A stretch of 36,543 nt of DNA from a virus (Duplodnaviria; Caudoviricetes), in the IMG/VR virus record IMGVR_UViG_3300021412_000005, positions 1-36,543 of that record; one strand, written 5' to 3'. Below, piece by piece: positions 25,223-35,611 of this stretch. Each line of letters opens with the position of its first letter. Position 1 is the stretch's first letter. The translations under genes were made by a program, and so were the position numbers. Under the pieces are notes generated by a model. The model was not told the origin of the DNA. It worked only from the letters and a program-made list of their open reading frames with translations, and did not search any database.

Positions 25223-26314
25223 ATGGCCGACGATACAGCCTTCCGTTCCCAGCAGTTCGCGCAGCAGGCCACCGAGAGCGTGCAGCCAGCGCAGCAGAAC
25301 ATGCAGCGTTCCCTGGAGCACTTCTCACAGACCATGGCGCAGGGCGTGGAGATCGCGCAGCAAGGGCAGCAGATATCGATGCAGCAGCAGGAGCTGGCGA
25401 TGCGCAAGGATCTCGCCGCTTCCTCGCTCGCCATGGATCGCATCCGCAAGCAGCAGGCGATGGAGGAACTGAACTGGAGCCGCGAGCTGCACACGACCGC
25501 GATGCTGGAGAACGAGCGCCGCATCTCGACCGCACGGGCGAATCTTGCGGAGGATGAGTCAGCCGCTGCGCGGAAGAAGCTCAACCAGCCGCCTCCGGGA
25601 ATGGGCTACGGCCAACTGTCCGATCGCGAGATGGCGTTGATCCGCAGCATGGGCGGCGACTTCAGTCGGAAGACCGGTGAGGTGACCGACGCCTCACCCG
25701 AGATGCAGGCCCAGGCCAAGAAGGACCTGGATCAGCAAAACCGCCTCATCGAGTCGCAGATCGCTGAGAACGAGGGTAGCAAGACGCGGATGCAGGGCGA
25801 TTACGCGCTACAGCGCGAGAGTTTGCGGCTTCAGGCGAGGCTCAACGAAATCGAGCAGAAGCTCTCCGGCCTGAGCAAATTGCAGGACGATCGCCAAGCC
25901 GCGGCAGCGGAGGAGGGAAAGAAGGACCGTTCCTCGCGAGCCGAGATTGCCGGCAAGTCGGCTGGGGCTGCGCTGGAGCGCGTCTATGCGCAGCAGACTG
26001 GTGCGACCGAACGAGCTGGGTTGCAGCATGCTGATGCCAACCGGCTCAACGCGCTCAAGATCGAGCAGGACGCGCTGCTGGATCGCCGCGAGGGGCTCAA
26101 GAGCATGCCGATCGGGACGCCGGCCGAGAAGAAGGCGCGCGACGCCGAGGCGGCCGACATCACCAAGGGCATCAAGGCGGTCCAGGACGAGGCCAAGAAG
26201 CTCCGCGAGGGTGCCAACGGCACGGCGCCTGCCGCGCCACCGCAAGAAGAGGTATCGGACACCGCGCTCGATGATCTGCTGAAGCAGTTGCTGCAACCGG
26301 AGCCGAAGAAGTGA
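25223..26314 (+). CDS. Coiled-coil internal virion / DNA ejection protein
   Basis: 363 aa, Gln/Ala/Glu-rich helical; synteny. Confidence 0.72.
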   Translation: MADDTAFRSQQFAQQATESVQPAQQNMQRSLEHFSQTMAQGVEIAQQGQQISMQQQELAMRKDLAASSLAMDRIRKQQAMEELNWSRELHTTAMLENERRISTARANLAEDESAAARKKLNQPPPGMGYGQLSDREMALIRSMGGDFSRKTGEVTDASPEMQAQAKKDLDQQNRLIESQIAENEGSKTRMQGDYALQRESLRLQARLNEIEQKLSGLSKLQDDRQAAAAEEGKKDRSSRAEIAGKSAGAALERVYAQQTGATERAGLQHADANRLNALKIEQDALLDRREGLKSMPIGTPAEKKARDAEAADITKGIKAVQDEAKKLREGANGTAPAAPPQEEVSDTALDDLLKQLLQPEPKK

Positions 26315-29300
26315 GCGCCACCGATCTCCCGGCGGCGCTGCCGCAGCAGCCCATGCAACCGCAGGAACCAGCGCCCGACGTGACGCTGGCGAAGTCGCGC
26401 CTGATGCGCCTGCTCAAGCTGCGGTCGGACCAACTCCAGGTGCCGAAGCTGTTCGACAACGGGCAGGTCGCGATCGAAGCCATCAGCGATCCGAAGGAGG
26501 CGGCTGCGACTGCAAGGCGAGCGTTCGTCGGCTACGCGACGGTGAACACGGACATGCGCGGACAGATCCGCGACTACCTTACCGGCAAGCGCCCGGACTA
26601 CCCCGATGGCTGGGATCTCGGCGATGCGTTCGTGCCGAGCCGCGAGACCGTGGAGGCGGAGAGCATGATCCGGCAGGCCAAGGAGGGCAGGAAGCGCAAC
26701 CCGCTCGCCGCTGCTGCGCTCGACTACGCGGTCAACCCGATCCAGCGCCTCGTCACCGGCACCGCGCAGATCCCGGTGAACATCGGGGCCGCCGTCATGA
26801 ACGTCATGGGTGCCAAGATCACGCCGTGGGACGTGCGCTCGGAAACCACCGCGATCATGGGGCAGCTCACCGGCTCGAACCAAGCCGACGCCGCCACGAT
26901 CCGCCGCCAGCAGCAGGCGATGGACGAGACCGGGGCGTTGCCTGCTCGTGTGCTCGGCACTGCTGCCGACATCAAGGGCATGATCGCGGGGCTGTCTGGC
27001 AAGGTGGCTGGCGCAGCGATGGCTCCCGGTGCCGGGATTGCTGGCGGGCTCGTCAAGATGGGTGGTGCCGGCAAGGGTGTCGAGGGACTCGCTCGCGCTG
27101 CCGGTGGCTTCGCCGGCTATGAGGCGCTGACGAAGCGCGGCGTCGATCCCGAGACCGGGGAGAGCCGCACGCCTACCGCCGAGGAACGCATTGGAGCCGC
27201 TGGGTCCGGCGCCGTGATGGGCACCGTGATGCACGGGGCCGGTCAGATCGCGAGCGCCGCACTCAGGGGCATCTTCAAGACGCCCGCGAAGAACCTCGAT
27301 CCCGTTGGCCGCGATCTCGTCACCGCGCTCAAGGACTTCGGCATCAAGGCCAAGATCCTCCCGGTGAAGGGCCAGACCCAGGAGGCGTACGGCGAGCGCC
27401 TGCTCGATGGCTGGATCAAGGCGCGGATGCCGGGCGCACCGATGATGCCGTTCCGCAAGCTGTTCGGCTACGCGGTGAAGGGCGGCATCGAGGGTGCTGG
27501 GCTGCTGCATCTCGATGCGCAGTTCCGCGAGGATCTGTACGGCACGGCGCTGGAGCCGGGAGTGCTGCAAGGCAACTTCGAGAACCTGGACCGGGTGATC
27601 GAGAAGTTCGCTGGCACCGCACTCGGCCTCGCCGCGTTCTCGCGTCCGCTCAAGGACATCCCGCGCATGCAGCGCGGCATCCCGACGCCGGGGACCCAGC
27701 GCCCCGAGACGCCGCAGCAGCCGGGTGGGAAGACCGAGGGGCCGCTCAACAGGGCGCAGCAGGAGGCCCTCGATTCGCTGTTCTGGCATCACAAGTTCGA
27801 GCACGAACGGCAGCCTGGAGGCAGGGGACCTGGGACCATCGACAGCGCCCAGCCGACCCGCGAGGGGAACCGATTCGACACCGTCCCGCAGGAGCCAGGC
27901 GCAGCGCCTCAGGATCGCCCTCGCTCTCCCGAGATGGAGGCGGCCGAGGCCCGCGGCGAGCGCATCATCGGCGAGCGTTACACCGAGGCGGTCGAGGGGC
28001 CGGGGCGCCGCGAGATCGAAGCGCAGTGGGAGAACCTGCTCGGCGCGGATGTGATCCGGCTGGGCTGGCGTCCGGTCAAGGAAATCGAGATCCCGAACGA
28101 GTTGCAGAGCCTGCAATCGCCGCTCGAACGCGCCGGCTACGACATCGTGTCAAACGAACTCGGCAAGGTGAAGATCCGCCACCGGGAGACCAACGCGACC
28201 CGCGAGCTGACCGAGCAGGAGTTCTACGGCGAGTTCGGCCGCCAGCAGCCGGAGCCCGGCGAGCCGCGCCCCGAGTCGATCGACTACACCAAGGACGACA
28301 CCCGCCGCGAGTTCCTGGCGCAGCAGTCCCGCGAGTTCCCCGAGGGCATCGCCACGGTGGAGGTTGGCGGCAATGCAGCCCGGCAGGCGCTGTCGCTGGT
28401 CGGGCAATCCACCCCACTGGGCAAGCAACTCGCCGCGATCGCCGAGGCCGGCGGCGGGCAGTTGTCGGTCTCGGCCAAGGAAGCCAGGAAGCTCATCGCC
28501 TACCACACCCGCAGCGCTCCCAGGATGCGAGCCCGGGGCGAGGAGGGGGTCGAGCAGTCGCGAATCCAGGCCATCGACTCGCTGGCCGAGAAGCTGGTCG
28601 AGGCCTTCGGACTGGGCAAGGAGCCGCCACGGGGCGAGAAGCGGACCGGACCCGAGGCTCCGGGAGGCCCTGGGGAGCCCCTGGGAGAGCCTTACCGGCC
28701 CGAGGTCTCAGGGGAGCCTACGCGCAGGGAACCGCCTCCAGAGGGCGGTGGCGACGTTGAGGTGCCCCCGAAGGGCAAGAAGCCGAAGGGCGGCCCAGGC
28801 GAGGCAAAGCGGGAGCCGGCCACCGAGATGGAACTGCCTGGGACCGACCACACCTACACCATCGAGGATGGGCAGGGCTGGGCGTCGCCCAAGCTGGAGG
28901 ACCTGCTCGGCATCGAGACCCCGATGCCGGCCAGGGAGTTCTCTGACCTGCTACGCCGGGCGCAGCTGCTGTCGGCGATGGACAGCCGCATCCTGCTGCC
29001 GGGTACGCTGGTGTCGGCTGACGGCACCGTGGCGGAAGCCGGCCAGGGCGATGCGCCAGGGGTGATGCGGACGATCCGCATGGGCGAGGTACTGCAAGCC
29101 CCGCTGTCGCCAGACCCGAAGTGGGGGCCGGCCGAGGAGTTCCCGGCTCGCGGGCAGGACGCGCTGCATCCGATCCAGGAGGCGGCGGTCGAGGCGCTGA
29201 AGGGCGTGCTCAACGGGCGTCCCGATCTGTCGCAGGCCGACACCGTGATGCTGTCGAAGGTCATCGAGACGATGGACACGGTCTCGGCGAAGAACGATCA

Positions 29301-32300
29301 GGCGGTGGCCGAGACGTTGCAGGTGCTGCCCGACGCGCTGCAAGGCATGGCGCACGGCAGTCCCGAGCACGCCGGCAAGGTGATCGTGGCGGTAGCCGAG
29401 ATGCTTACGACGAAGACGCCGGATGTGGTGATGGACGACATGCAGGCGGCGCAGGAACCGAGGCCGGATGAGATGGTCACGATCTACCGGGCGCAGGAGA
29501 AGCGTGGTGAGAAGCGTCGCCCCGAATGGCTCGAACAGAATCCTGATGTCCAGGCTTCCGATGAAGCCACCGGCAAGTGGTGGACAGACCAGCGTGAGGA
29601 GGCTCAGTGGTATCTCGACAAGGGTATGGTCGAGGGCAACATCATCGAGGCTCGCGTTCCAAGGAGTGTGGTTGAAGCGTCGCGGGTCTCCAACCTGCCC
29701 GAATCCCATCCAGCCCGTCGGTTCTCGCGGCGACCTGAGAGGGAACTGTTCCTGGAGCAACCTCCTAGATCGCAGGGCGAAGAAGCCGGCTTCATCGATG
29801 TCGGCGGCGCGCTCGAAGCCGGCAAGCGCTTCCTCGACCTGATGCGCACGATGCCGGCCAAGGCTCTCGGCCATGCGCTGTCGCCGTTCCTCGACAACCC
29901 GGCGACCAAGTGGGGCATCACCGGGCTTTCGGAGAAGCTGCGGGACAAGTTGGGTGCGACGCATCCGAAGATCGTCGAGAGCGTCTTCGCGATTGAAGGC
30001 GGCACGCGGCGCAACGATGCGCAGTGGGCGCCTCTGATGCGCGAGATCATGGCGACGGCGGGCAAGCGACTGCCCGAACTCGACACGATGCGGTGGACTG
30101 AGGCGACGGACTCAGGCTGGGAGCCAGGGTTCCGTGAAGACCAGGTGATGAAGGAGACGGATCTCCAGGAACTCTTCAACACCGACCGCGCCGTGGTCAG
30201 TGACGAAGCCCGCGCCGCATTGAAGGCGCACGACGCCGCGACCTACGCGATCCGCGAGAAGGCCCACGACCTGGGCGTGAAGATCACCAACGCCGAGGGC
30301 GAGCAGGTGCTTGTCAGCCGTGAGGCCACGAAGGATGTGGCGACGCGCCAACTCACGCCGCTGGTCCGTGATGCGCTGCTGCGCCGTGAAGGGCGGCTCT
30401 ACAACGGCGTCATCGACAGCATCGCCAAGGTCAACAAGATGACCCGAGAGCGCGTCGAGGAAATATTCGCCGAGGAGGGCTACACCGAGGCGCGGACCAT
30501 GAAGCGCCGCGATCCGATCGAGACGATGCGGCGGTTCCGCTACATGCCAGACCACATGCGCGACGCCGCGAACGGCGAGGTCGTCAAGATCATGGAGACC
30601 AACCTGCTGCGGCACGGCAAGGCGATGCTCGATCTCGCGGCCAAGCGGCTTGGCGTCTACGAGGAGTTGGGACCGGACGAGCCGCCGCCTGAAGGCCAGA
30701 CCGCCGAGCAGGCGTTCGCCGATGGGCTGCCGGTGCCCTACCTGTCCATCGTCAACAGCGTGAAGTCGCCTGCCGACCGCCAGTTGGTCGCGACCGCACT
30801 GCGCGCGTTGCACGGCATGGCCACCGTGAGGCCGAGCCAGATCGTCGAAGTCGGCAGCGGCTGGCACAAGACGCTCGAAGTCGCGCAGTCGCTGAACAGC
30901 CTTGCCGCGGCCAGCAAGATGACGCTCGGCTCGCCGATCCAGAACATCGGCGAGCCCTGGGCGACCGCGAGCGCGCTGCTCGGCCGCGATCGCATGGGAG
31001 CGGCGGCCGACTACGTGCACGGCATGCTCAAGGCCAGGCGCTTCACCGATCTGCTCAAGGAACGCGAGGCGGCCGGCGGGTTCGCGCTACACGTCACCGA
31101 TTGGCTCGGCATCGCTGGCGAGCAGGGCAAGCTAGAAAAGTTCAAGGCCATCGCCAAGACGGCGCAGCAAGGCTTCTTGGTCCCGTTCGAGATCACCCAG
31201 GCGATCACCGACGCCAAGGTCCACAAGGCGTGGCATGATGCGGTCGACGGCTGGCGCGAGGGCCGCCGCGAGGCGAACGACGTGGCCGCGCTCAAGACGC
31301 TGTTCCGCTTCTCGGATGTCCAGGCGCAGCAGATCGTCTCGGGCGAAGCACCAGCCAAGGCGTACGACAACATCGCTGTCAACGGGCTGGTGCGCATCAC
31401 GCGTAGAGGCGACCAGCCGATCAACAAGTCGGGCTTCGGTAGTAGCCGCCTCGGCAGGTGGGTTCACTTCACCAACTTCTTCCAGCGGCAGACCGAGAAC
31501 ATGCGCAGTGCGGTGGTGGCGATGCGCGATGCCAAGACGCCGGAGGAGGCCAGTTCGGCCGCGACCAACTTCGGCCGGCTGATGGGCTTCAACCTCGGCA
31601 CCTACGTCGCCGGCCAGGCGATCATGAAGTTCCTCACCGGCCAGTGGGACGAGCTGCAAGGCTTCTTCGGCGAGACGCTGGAGGACTTGTCGACTCCTGG
31701 CGGCGTGGCCAAGTTCGCGGGAGCCGCCCTGGTGGGTTCCTTCTTCGGCTCGGTGGGGTCGTTCGTGGCAGGCGGGGCCTACTCCTACCTGACGGGCGAC
31801 GAAAAGGGCTTGGCGCAGTTGGCCGAGACGACCGCGCGCATGGTCCCCGGCGTCGGCAGCACGATCGCGACAGCCCAGTTCGTGCACGCGTTCGGCACCA
31901 CGATGGGTGGTGGCAACCTCGGGGCCGGCAGCGACTACGCCGGCAAGTCGCCGCTCCAGCAGATCGGCTACTTCATCGCCCATGAGGTGCCGCTGGCCAA
32001 GTGGGCGATGAACGGACCGCTCGGGGTGGGCATGACCTACCTCGGCACCGACCCGGACCTGGAACTCGCGCTCAAGGCGAGCCGGCGCTTCGACGCCAAG
32101 CGCGACATCGGCGAGGACTTCCCGGACAACCCCGATGCCGCGTTCGTCGACACGATGCGCGCCGCGATCAACAAGCTCAAGGCCGAAGACGGCGGCAGCC
32201 ATGGCGCCGAGATCGCTGATGCGATCAGGCAGGCGTTGCCCGATAAGGACGACTCGGCGATTGCGTCGAGCTTCGAGGCGCGGCGCCAGCTCACCGGCAA

Positions 32301-32451
32301 GAACTGGACGCAGCTCAGTGAGGAGCAGCAGGCGGCCAAGCTGCGTTCTCTCGGCCAGAAGCGCGTCGAGTTGCTGCGCGGCTACGACGCGGTGCTGGAG
32401 ATGGCGGCGAGCTACTTCCGCCCGTCTTCACGCAGGCGCAGGCGGCGCTAG
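26311..32451 (+). CDS. Large internal virion / ejection (polyvalent-type) protein with ART-like insert
   Basis: 2046 aa, last gene of the virion module; Gly/Ala hydrophobic segments near both ends, Pro/Glu linkers. Confidence 0.8.
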   Translation: MSATDLPAALPQQPMQPQEPAPDVTLAKSRLMRLLKLRSDQLQVPKLFDNGQVAIEAISDPKEAAATARRAFVGYATVNTDMRGQIRDYLTGKRPDYPDGWDLGDAFVPSRETVEAESMIRQAKEGRKRNPLAAAALDYAVNPIQRLVTGTAQIPVNIGAAVMNVMGAKITPWDVRSETTAIMGQLTGSNQADAATIRRQQQAMDETGALPARVLGTAADIKGMIAGLSGKVAGAAMAPGAGIAGGLVKMGGAGKGVEGLARAAGGFAGYEALTKRGVDPETGESRTPTAEERIGAAGSGAVMGTVMHGAGQIASAALRGIFKTPAKNLDPVGRDLVTALKDFGIKAKILPVKGQTQEAYGERLLDGWIKARMPGAPMMPFRKLFGYAVKGGIEGAGLLHLDAQFREDLYGTALEPGVLQGNFENLDRVIEKFAGTALGLAAFSRPLKDIPRMQRGIPTPGTQRPETPQQPGGKTEGPLNRAQQEALDSLFWHHKFEHERQPGGRGPGTIDSAQPTREGNRFDTVPQEPGAAPQDRPRSPEMEAAEARGERIIGERYTEAVEGPGRREIEAQWENLLGADVIRLGWRPVKEIEIPNELQSLQSPLERAGYDIVSNELGKVKIRHRETNATRELTEQEFYGEFGRQQPEPGEPRPESIDYTKDDTRREFLAQQSREFPEGIATVEVGGNAARQALSLVGQSTPLGKQLAAIAEAGGGQLSVSAKEARKLIAYHTRSAPRMRARGEEGVEQSRIQAIDSLAEKLVEAFGLGKEPPRGEKRTGPEAPGGPGEPLGEPYRPEVSGEPTRREPPPEGGGDVEVPPKGKKPKGGPGEAKREPATEMELPGTDHTYTIEDGQGWASPKLEDLLGIETPMPAREFSDLLRRAQLLSAMDSRILLPGTLVSADGTVAEAGQGDAPGVMRTIRMGEVLQAPLSPDPKWGPAEEFPARGQDALHPIQEAAVEALKGVLNGRPDLSQADTVMLSKVIETMDTVSAKNDQAVAETLQVLPDALQGMAHGSPEHAGKVIVAVAEMLTTKTPDVVMDDMQAAQEPRPDEMVTIYRAQEKRGEKRRPEWLEQNPDVQASDEATGKWWTDQREEAQWYLDKGMVEGNIIEARVPRSVVEASRVSNLPESHPARRFSRRPERELFLEQPPRSQGEEAGFIDVGGALEAGKRFLDLMRTMPAKALGHALSPFLDNPATKWGITGLSEKLRDKLGATHPKIVESVFAIEGGTRRNDAQWAPLMREIMATAGKRLPELDTMRWTEATDSGWEPGFREDQVMKETDLQELFNTDRAVVSDEARAALKAHDAATYAIREKAHDLGVKITNAEGEQVLVSREATKDVATRQLTPLVRDALLRREGRLYNGVIDSIAKVNKMTRERVEEIFAEEGYTEARTMKRRDPIETMRRFRYMPDHMRDAANGEVVKIMETNLLRHGKAMLDLAAKRLGVYEELGPDEPPPEGQTAEQAFADGLPVPYLSIVNSVKSPADRQLVATALRALHGMATVRPSQIVEVGSGWHKTLEVAQSLNSLAAASKMTLGSPIQNIGEPWATASALLGRDRMGAAADYVHGMLKARRFTDLLKEREAAGGFALHVTDWLGIAGEQGKLEKFKAIAKTAQQGFLVPFEITQAITDAKVHKAWHDAVDGWREGRREANDVAALKTLFRFSDVQAQQIVSGEAPAKAYDNIAVNGLVRITRRGDQPINKSGFGSSRLGRWVHFTNFFQRQTENMRSAVVAMRDAKTPEEASSAATNFGRLMGFNLGTYVAGQAIMKFLTGQWDELQGFFGETLEDLSTPGGVAKFAGAALVGSFFGSVGSFVAGGAYSYLTGDEKGLAQLAETTARMVPGVGSTIATAQFVHAFGTTMGGGNLGAGSDYAGKSPLQQIGYFIAHEVPLAKWAMNGPLGVGMTYLGTDPDLELALKASRRFDAKRDIGEDFPDNPDAAFVDTMRAAINKLKAEDGGSHGAEIADAIRQALPDKDDSAIASSFEARRQLTGKNWTQLSEEQQAAKLRSLGQKRVELLRGYDAVLEMAASYFRPSSRRRRRR

Positions 32452-32849
32452 CTGATCGTCGTCTCGATGTCCAGGAGCCCGTCGCGCTCCGCTTGGTCGA
32501 GGACCGGCTCGACGATGGTCCTGTAGACCTCTGGGTCGAGCACCAGAAACACGGCCTCGGGCCGCCGATCGCCAGCGTACTTGACCGCAGATGTTGATGA
32601 GTCGTAGCCGTTGATCCGCTTCGCCTTGAGATGGCCCCTAACGATGGCTCTAGTCGCTTCCGTCAGACCGCTGGTGAGCTTAGACGAGAGGTGGATGTCA
32701 TCGACGTCGGGCGAAGTCGTGATGACGACAGAGGGTGACAGATTCTCGTTCTTGTCGCGAAGCTCGGCGATCTCGCGCCGAAGCTCGTTGATGAGGTGGT
32801 TGTATCCCGTCTCCGCGCCCATGCGTTCAGGCTCACCGTTTGGGTTCAT
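32448..32849 (-). CDS. Hypothetical protein
   Basis: MNPNGEPERM..., 133 aa; stop overlaps the convergent giant gene's stop (CTAG). Confidence 0.65.
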   Translation of the reverse strand: MNPNGEPERMGAETGYNHLINELRREIAELRDKNENLSPSVVITTSPDVDDIHLSSKLTSGLTEATRAIVRGHLKAKRINGYDSSTSAVKYAGDRRPEAVFLVLDPEVYRTIVEPVLDQAERDGLLDIETTIS

Positions 32850-33340
32850 GCCTTCGGCTCCTTGCGCCCCACGAACTCCTCGATGCGCCTGACGATCCCA
32901 GGCGGCAGTGTTCTGTCGGACAGAACGCCGAGCAACAGCGCCTCGGCGGCGGCGATGTCCGCGCGCACCGGCTGCGTGGCGCGGTTGCGAATCCATGCCG
33001 ATAGGTCCAGATACGGCATGTGTGTTGGTGGGATGACGTTGCCATCGACTTCGGCCGCTGCTATCCGCGCCTCTGAGATCATCGCGTAGCAGCGGTCGTG
33101 CGCCGCCACCGCGCGATCCCTCTCGGCGATGTAGAAGCTACGCAGGTCGTTCGCCTCTGCGAGGTCCGCGCGCAGCTTGTCGTTCATCGCCGCGATGACG
33201 TTCACGGACTGGTCTGTGCTCAGCATCATCGACGGCCCAGGGCTCAGCATCGCCTGACGCTCGATCGGGTCCATGAGTTGGCGCACCTGTTCGCGCAGCT
33301 TGGCGATCTCTCGGCGCTGGTCTTCGACGATGTGGTTCAT
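32846..33340 (-). CDS. Hypothetical coiled-coil protein
   Basis: MNHIVEDQRREIAKL..., 164 aa, ATGA-coupled. Confidence 0.7.
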   Translation of the reverse strand: MNHIVEDQRREIAKLREQVRQLMDPIERQAMLSPGPSMMLSTDQSVNVIAAMNDKLRADLAEANDLRSFYIAERDRAVAAHDRCYAMISEARIAAAEVDGNVIPPTHMPYLDLSAWIRNRATQPVRADIAAAEALLLGVLSDRTLPPGIVRRIEEFVGRKEPKA

Positions 33341-33702
33341 GGCTTCGTTCTCCCGGTGCCGCTGCACCGATCGCACGGTTGGTAGCGCGTTCCTTCTGCC
33401 ACCGAGTGGCCGCACGGGACCTTGCCCTTGCCGAAGCAGTCGCCGCAGTGGCCGGTTGTCGCTTCGTAGGTTCGCAGTTCCGCGTCGATCTCGGCGTGCG
33501 TGACGAGCGGTGTCAGCGTGGCCGCGCCGCGATAGGTCTTCTTGCCGGCGCGCGTCGTTCGCGGATTCGCGAACGTCATCCTGACGGCGTTCGGTTCGAC
33601 CGCTTCGAGCCTGATGAGGTCCCAAGTGACGTCGACATGAGCAGCGCGGCGTGCGGCACTCTCGGCGTGGCGTGCTCTGAATTCGTAGAAGATGCTGCTC
33701 AT
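33337..33702 (-). CDS. Protein with DnaJ-type zinc finger
   Basis: CGDCFGKG and CDRCSGTG (two CxxCxGxG motifs). Confidence 0.75.
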   Translation of the reverse strand: MSSIFYEFRARHAESAARRAAHVDVTWDLIRLEAVEPNAVRMTFANPRTTRAGKKTYRGAATLTPLVTHAEIDAELRTYEATTGHCGDCFGKGKVPCGHSVAEGTRYQPCDRCSGTGRTKP

Positions 33703-33905
33703 TGGGCACCTACCTGCGTGATGCGGCATACGCGTCTCAGCTCGGGACAGTCCTTCGGAATCTCGCCAGTTGCGATGAACGCTTCCCATCGCTGGCGACC
33801 GTTGAACGCCTCGCTGTGGCGTTGCTCGTAGAGCGATCGCGGGCAGACACGATCGCCGACCAAGAGCCAGTCGGATTCGTAGTAGATGATGGCGCTCGTG
33901 GTCAC
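33699..33905 (-). CDS. Hypothetical protein
   Basis: 68 aa, GTGA and ATGA overlaps. Confidence 0.65.
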   Translation of the reverse strand: MTTSAIIYYESDWLLVGDRVCPRSLYEQRHSEAFNGRQRWEAFIATGEIPKDCPELRRVCRITQVGAQ

Positions 33906-34903
33906 TTGGCACCCGCCCGCTTGGCCAGCGCGTCGATGACGGCCCGGACCTGTTCGAGTCCTGGCGCGAACGGCCCGAACGTTCCTCGTGCCTCGCGCAT
34001 TTCGTCCAGCAGCCGTTGCAACTCGGCGATCGGCTGCGGTGGCTCGGGCTCGACGACTACTCGCCGCTGCGCCGCCGCGTCGAGCGACTCGACTGCCTCA
34101 ACGAGACTCTCAGTTGCGCCTATGATTTCCATGAAGATCCTGCGTTCCTCACTGGAACCGATAGGGCTCAAGTCGTTGTCGAATGCCTTGAGCCTCGCTT
34201 GCATGTTGGAGAGCGCCTGCTGCAATCTCTTCGGCACCGCGACTCGCGGCTGCGGGTTGGCGCGCAGGGCGGCGAGTTCGTCGCGAACCTCGTTGTGTTT
34301 GCGGACCGCCTCGGCGAGTTCCTTGCGCGCGGCGTCGCGGTCCTTGCGAGCCTCCCGCGTTTCATTGTGCGCTGTGGCGAGCTGGGTGCGCGCCTCGTTG
34401 CGCTCCTCTACGGCGTCGAGGAGCCGCATGCGGTAGTCGTCGACTCCGATGTCGGTCGACACCGAGCGAGCGTCCTGCGGCTCGGTGGCGAGCTTGCGCA
34501 GCTTGTCCCAGTCGTCGCTGAACAAGCTGATCCGTCCATCACCGTCGGCATGCCACGATGTGTTCAGCAGCGCCTCCCGCAGCCTGCCGCTGCTCGGGGG
34601 CGCGGCGCGGCGCATCAACATCTTCGCCCTGGCGATCTGATCAAAAACCTTGCGCCACTCATCGCCGTGTGCTTCCTCGGCATGCGACCACTCCATGATC
34701 GCTGTGCGCAGGTCGACGTCCCAGCGATCGATCTCGGCATCGGACGCGGGCTGCGGCGGGGGCTGGTCGAGCGCGGCGAGGGCGAGCTGCATCAGCGCCT
34801 TGGATTGATCGATGCGATTCGGCAGGCTTATGCACGTTCGCTCGATGAACTCGCGCGCCTTCTGGGGGCCGCCCAACGCGGCGATGGCTTCTTGCTGGTT
34901 CAT
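33902..34903 (-). CDS. Hypothetical coiled-coil protein
   Basis: 333 aa; ERNEAR/ETREAR/DRDAAR/KHNEVR heptads. Confidence 0.75.
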   Translation of the reverse strand: MNQQEAIAALGGPQKAREFIERTCISLPNRIDQSKALMQLALAALDQPPPQPASDAEIDRWDVDLRTAIMEWSHAEEAHGDEWRKVFDQIARAKMLMRRAAPPSSGRLREALLNTSWHADGDGRISLFSDDWDKLRKLATEPQDARSVSTDIGVDDYRMRLLDAVEERNEARTQLATAHNETREARKDRDAARKELAEAVRKHNEVRDELAALRANPQPRVAVPKRLQQALSNMQARLKAFDNDLSPIGSSEERRIFMEIIGATESLVEAVESLDAAAQRRVVVEPEPPQPIAELQRLLDEMREARGTFGPFAPGLEQVRAVIDALAKRAGAK

Positions 34904-35100
34904 GGCTTCACCTGTGGGCGCTTGTCGTGCTCGCGGAGGATCGCGACGTAGGCTGTTTGCGTCTTCGCGACGACCTCGTCAGGTTCTGGAGTGATCTCCG
35001 CCGTGGACCACTCTCGGATGTCTTTCATCCGCAGCTTACGGTTGCGAAACAGCTCGCGGGCTTCGTTGAGGATGAGGGTTTCAAGAGTTCTCATGGTCAT
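34900..35100 (-). CDS. Hypothetical protein
   Basis: 66 aa, ATGA-coupled. Confidence 0.7.
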   Translation of the reverse strand: MTMRTLETLILNEARELFRNRKLRMKDIREWSTAEITPEPDEVVAKTQTAYVAILREHDKRPQVKP

Positions 35101-35387
35101 GGTTGTTTCACCTCGGCGAGCAGCGGCTTGATGGCATCGAGCAGTTCCCCCGACGTCTCGTTGATGAACGCAGCGAACTCGGCGGGTTTCACCGAGACCA
35201 TCTGCAACGCGGAGTAGGCCATGGGTTCGGCAGCGCGAGCGAGCCGCAGCAGAGCGGGCAGTGCCTCAAACGCGATCTCCGCACAACGGCACCGCGTCTT
35301 GAGCTTCTGACACCCCTCGCAATTCCAGCCGGCGCTATCGCGCGTCGCAGCCGCGTGCAGTTGCTCCAGTTGGTCGAGGAGGTTCAT
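35097..35387 (-). CDS. Ead/Ea22-like small protein with Cys cluster
   Basis: MNLLDQLEQLHAAAT...W...ALPALLRL pattern; CEGC...CRC. Confidence 0.55.
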   Translation of the reverse strand: MNLLDQLEQLHAAATRDSAGWNCEGCQKLKTRCRCAEIAFEALPALLRLARAAEPMAYSALQMVSVKPAEFAAFINETSGELLDAIKPLLAEVKQP

Positions 35388-35611
35388 GGCTGCACCTTGC
35401 TCTTTCTGCGGCGCTTCGCACGTCGGCGCATCCACGCCTCGTCGAGCGAACACATGACGTCGGAAGCGGACACCGGGCCATGACACTTGCCGCACCACGC
35501 GAGCTGCCGCCACTCGCTCCACTTCGCGATGACGTGTGGTTTGCAGTGGGGAACGACGCGCGGCAGTGCCCAGTCGCTCGACTCGGAACGAGAAACGAGA
35601 GGAGGATTCAT
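35384..35611 (-). CDS. Small Cys/His-containing hypothetical protein
   Basis: 75 aa, CKPH...CGKC, ATGA-coupled. Confidence 0.65.
   Translation of the reverse strand: MNPPLVSRSESSDWALPRVVPHCKPHVIAKWSEWRQLAWCGKCHGPVSASDVMCSLDEAWMRRRAKRRRKSKVQP

Noticed and set aside
25984-28116. 710-aa antisense ORF
   Set aside because: Shadow frame of the ejection protein genes
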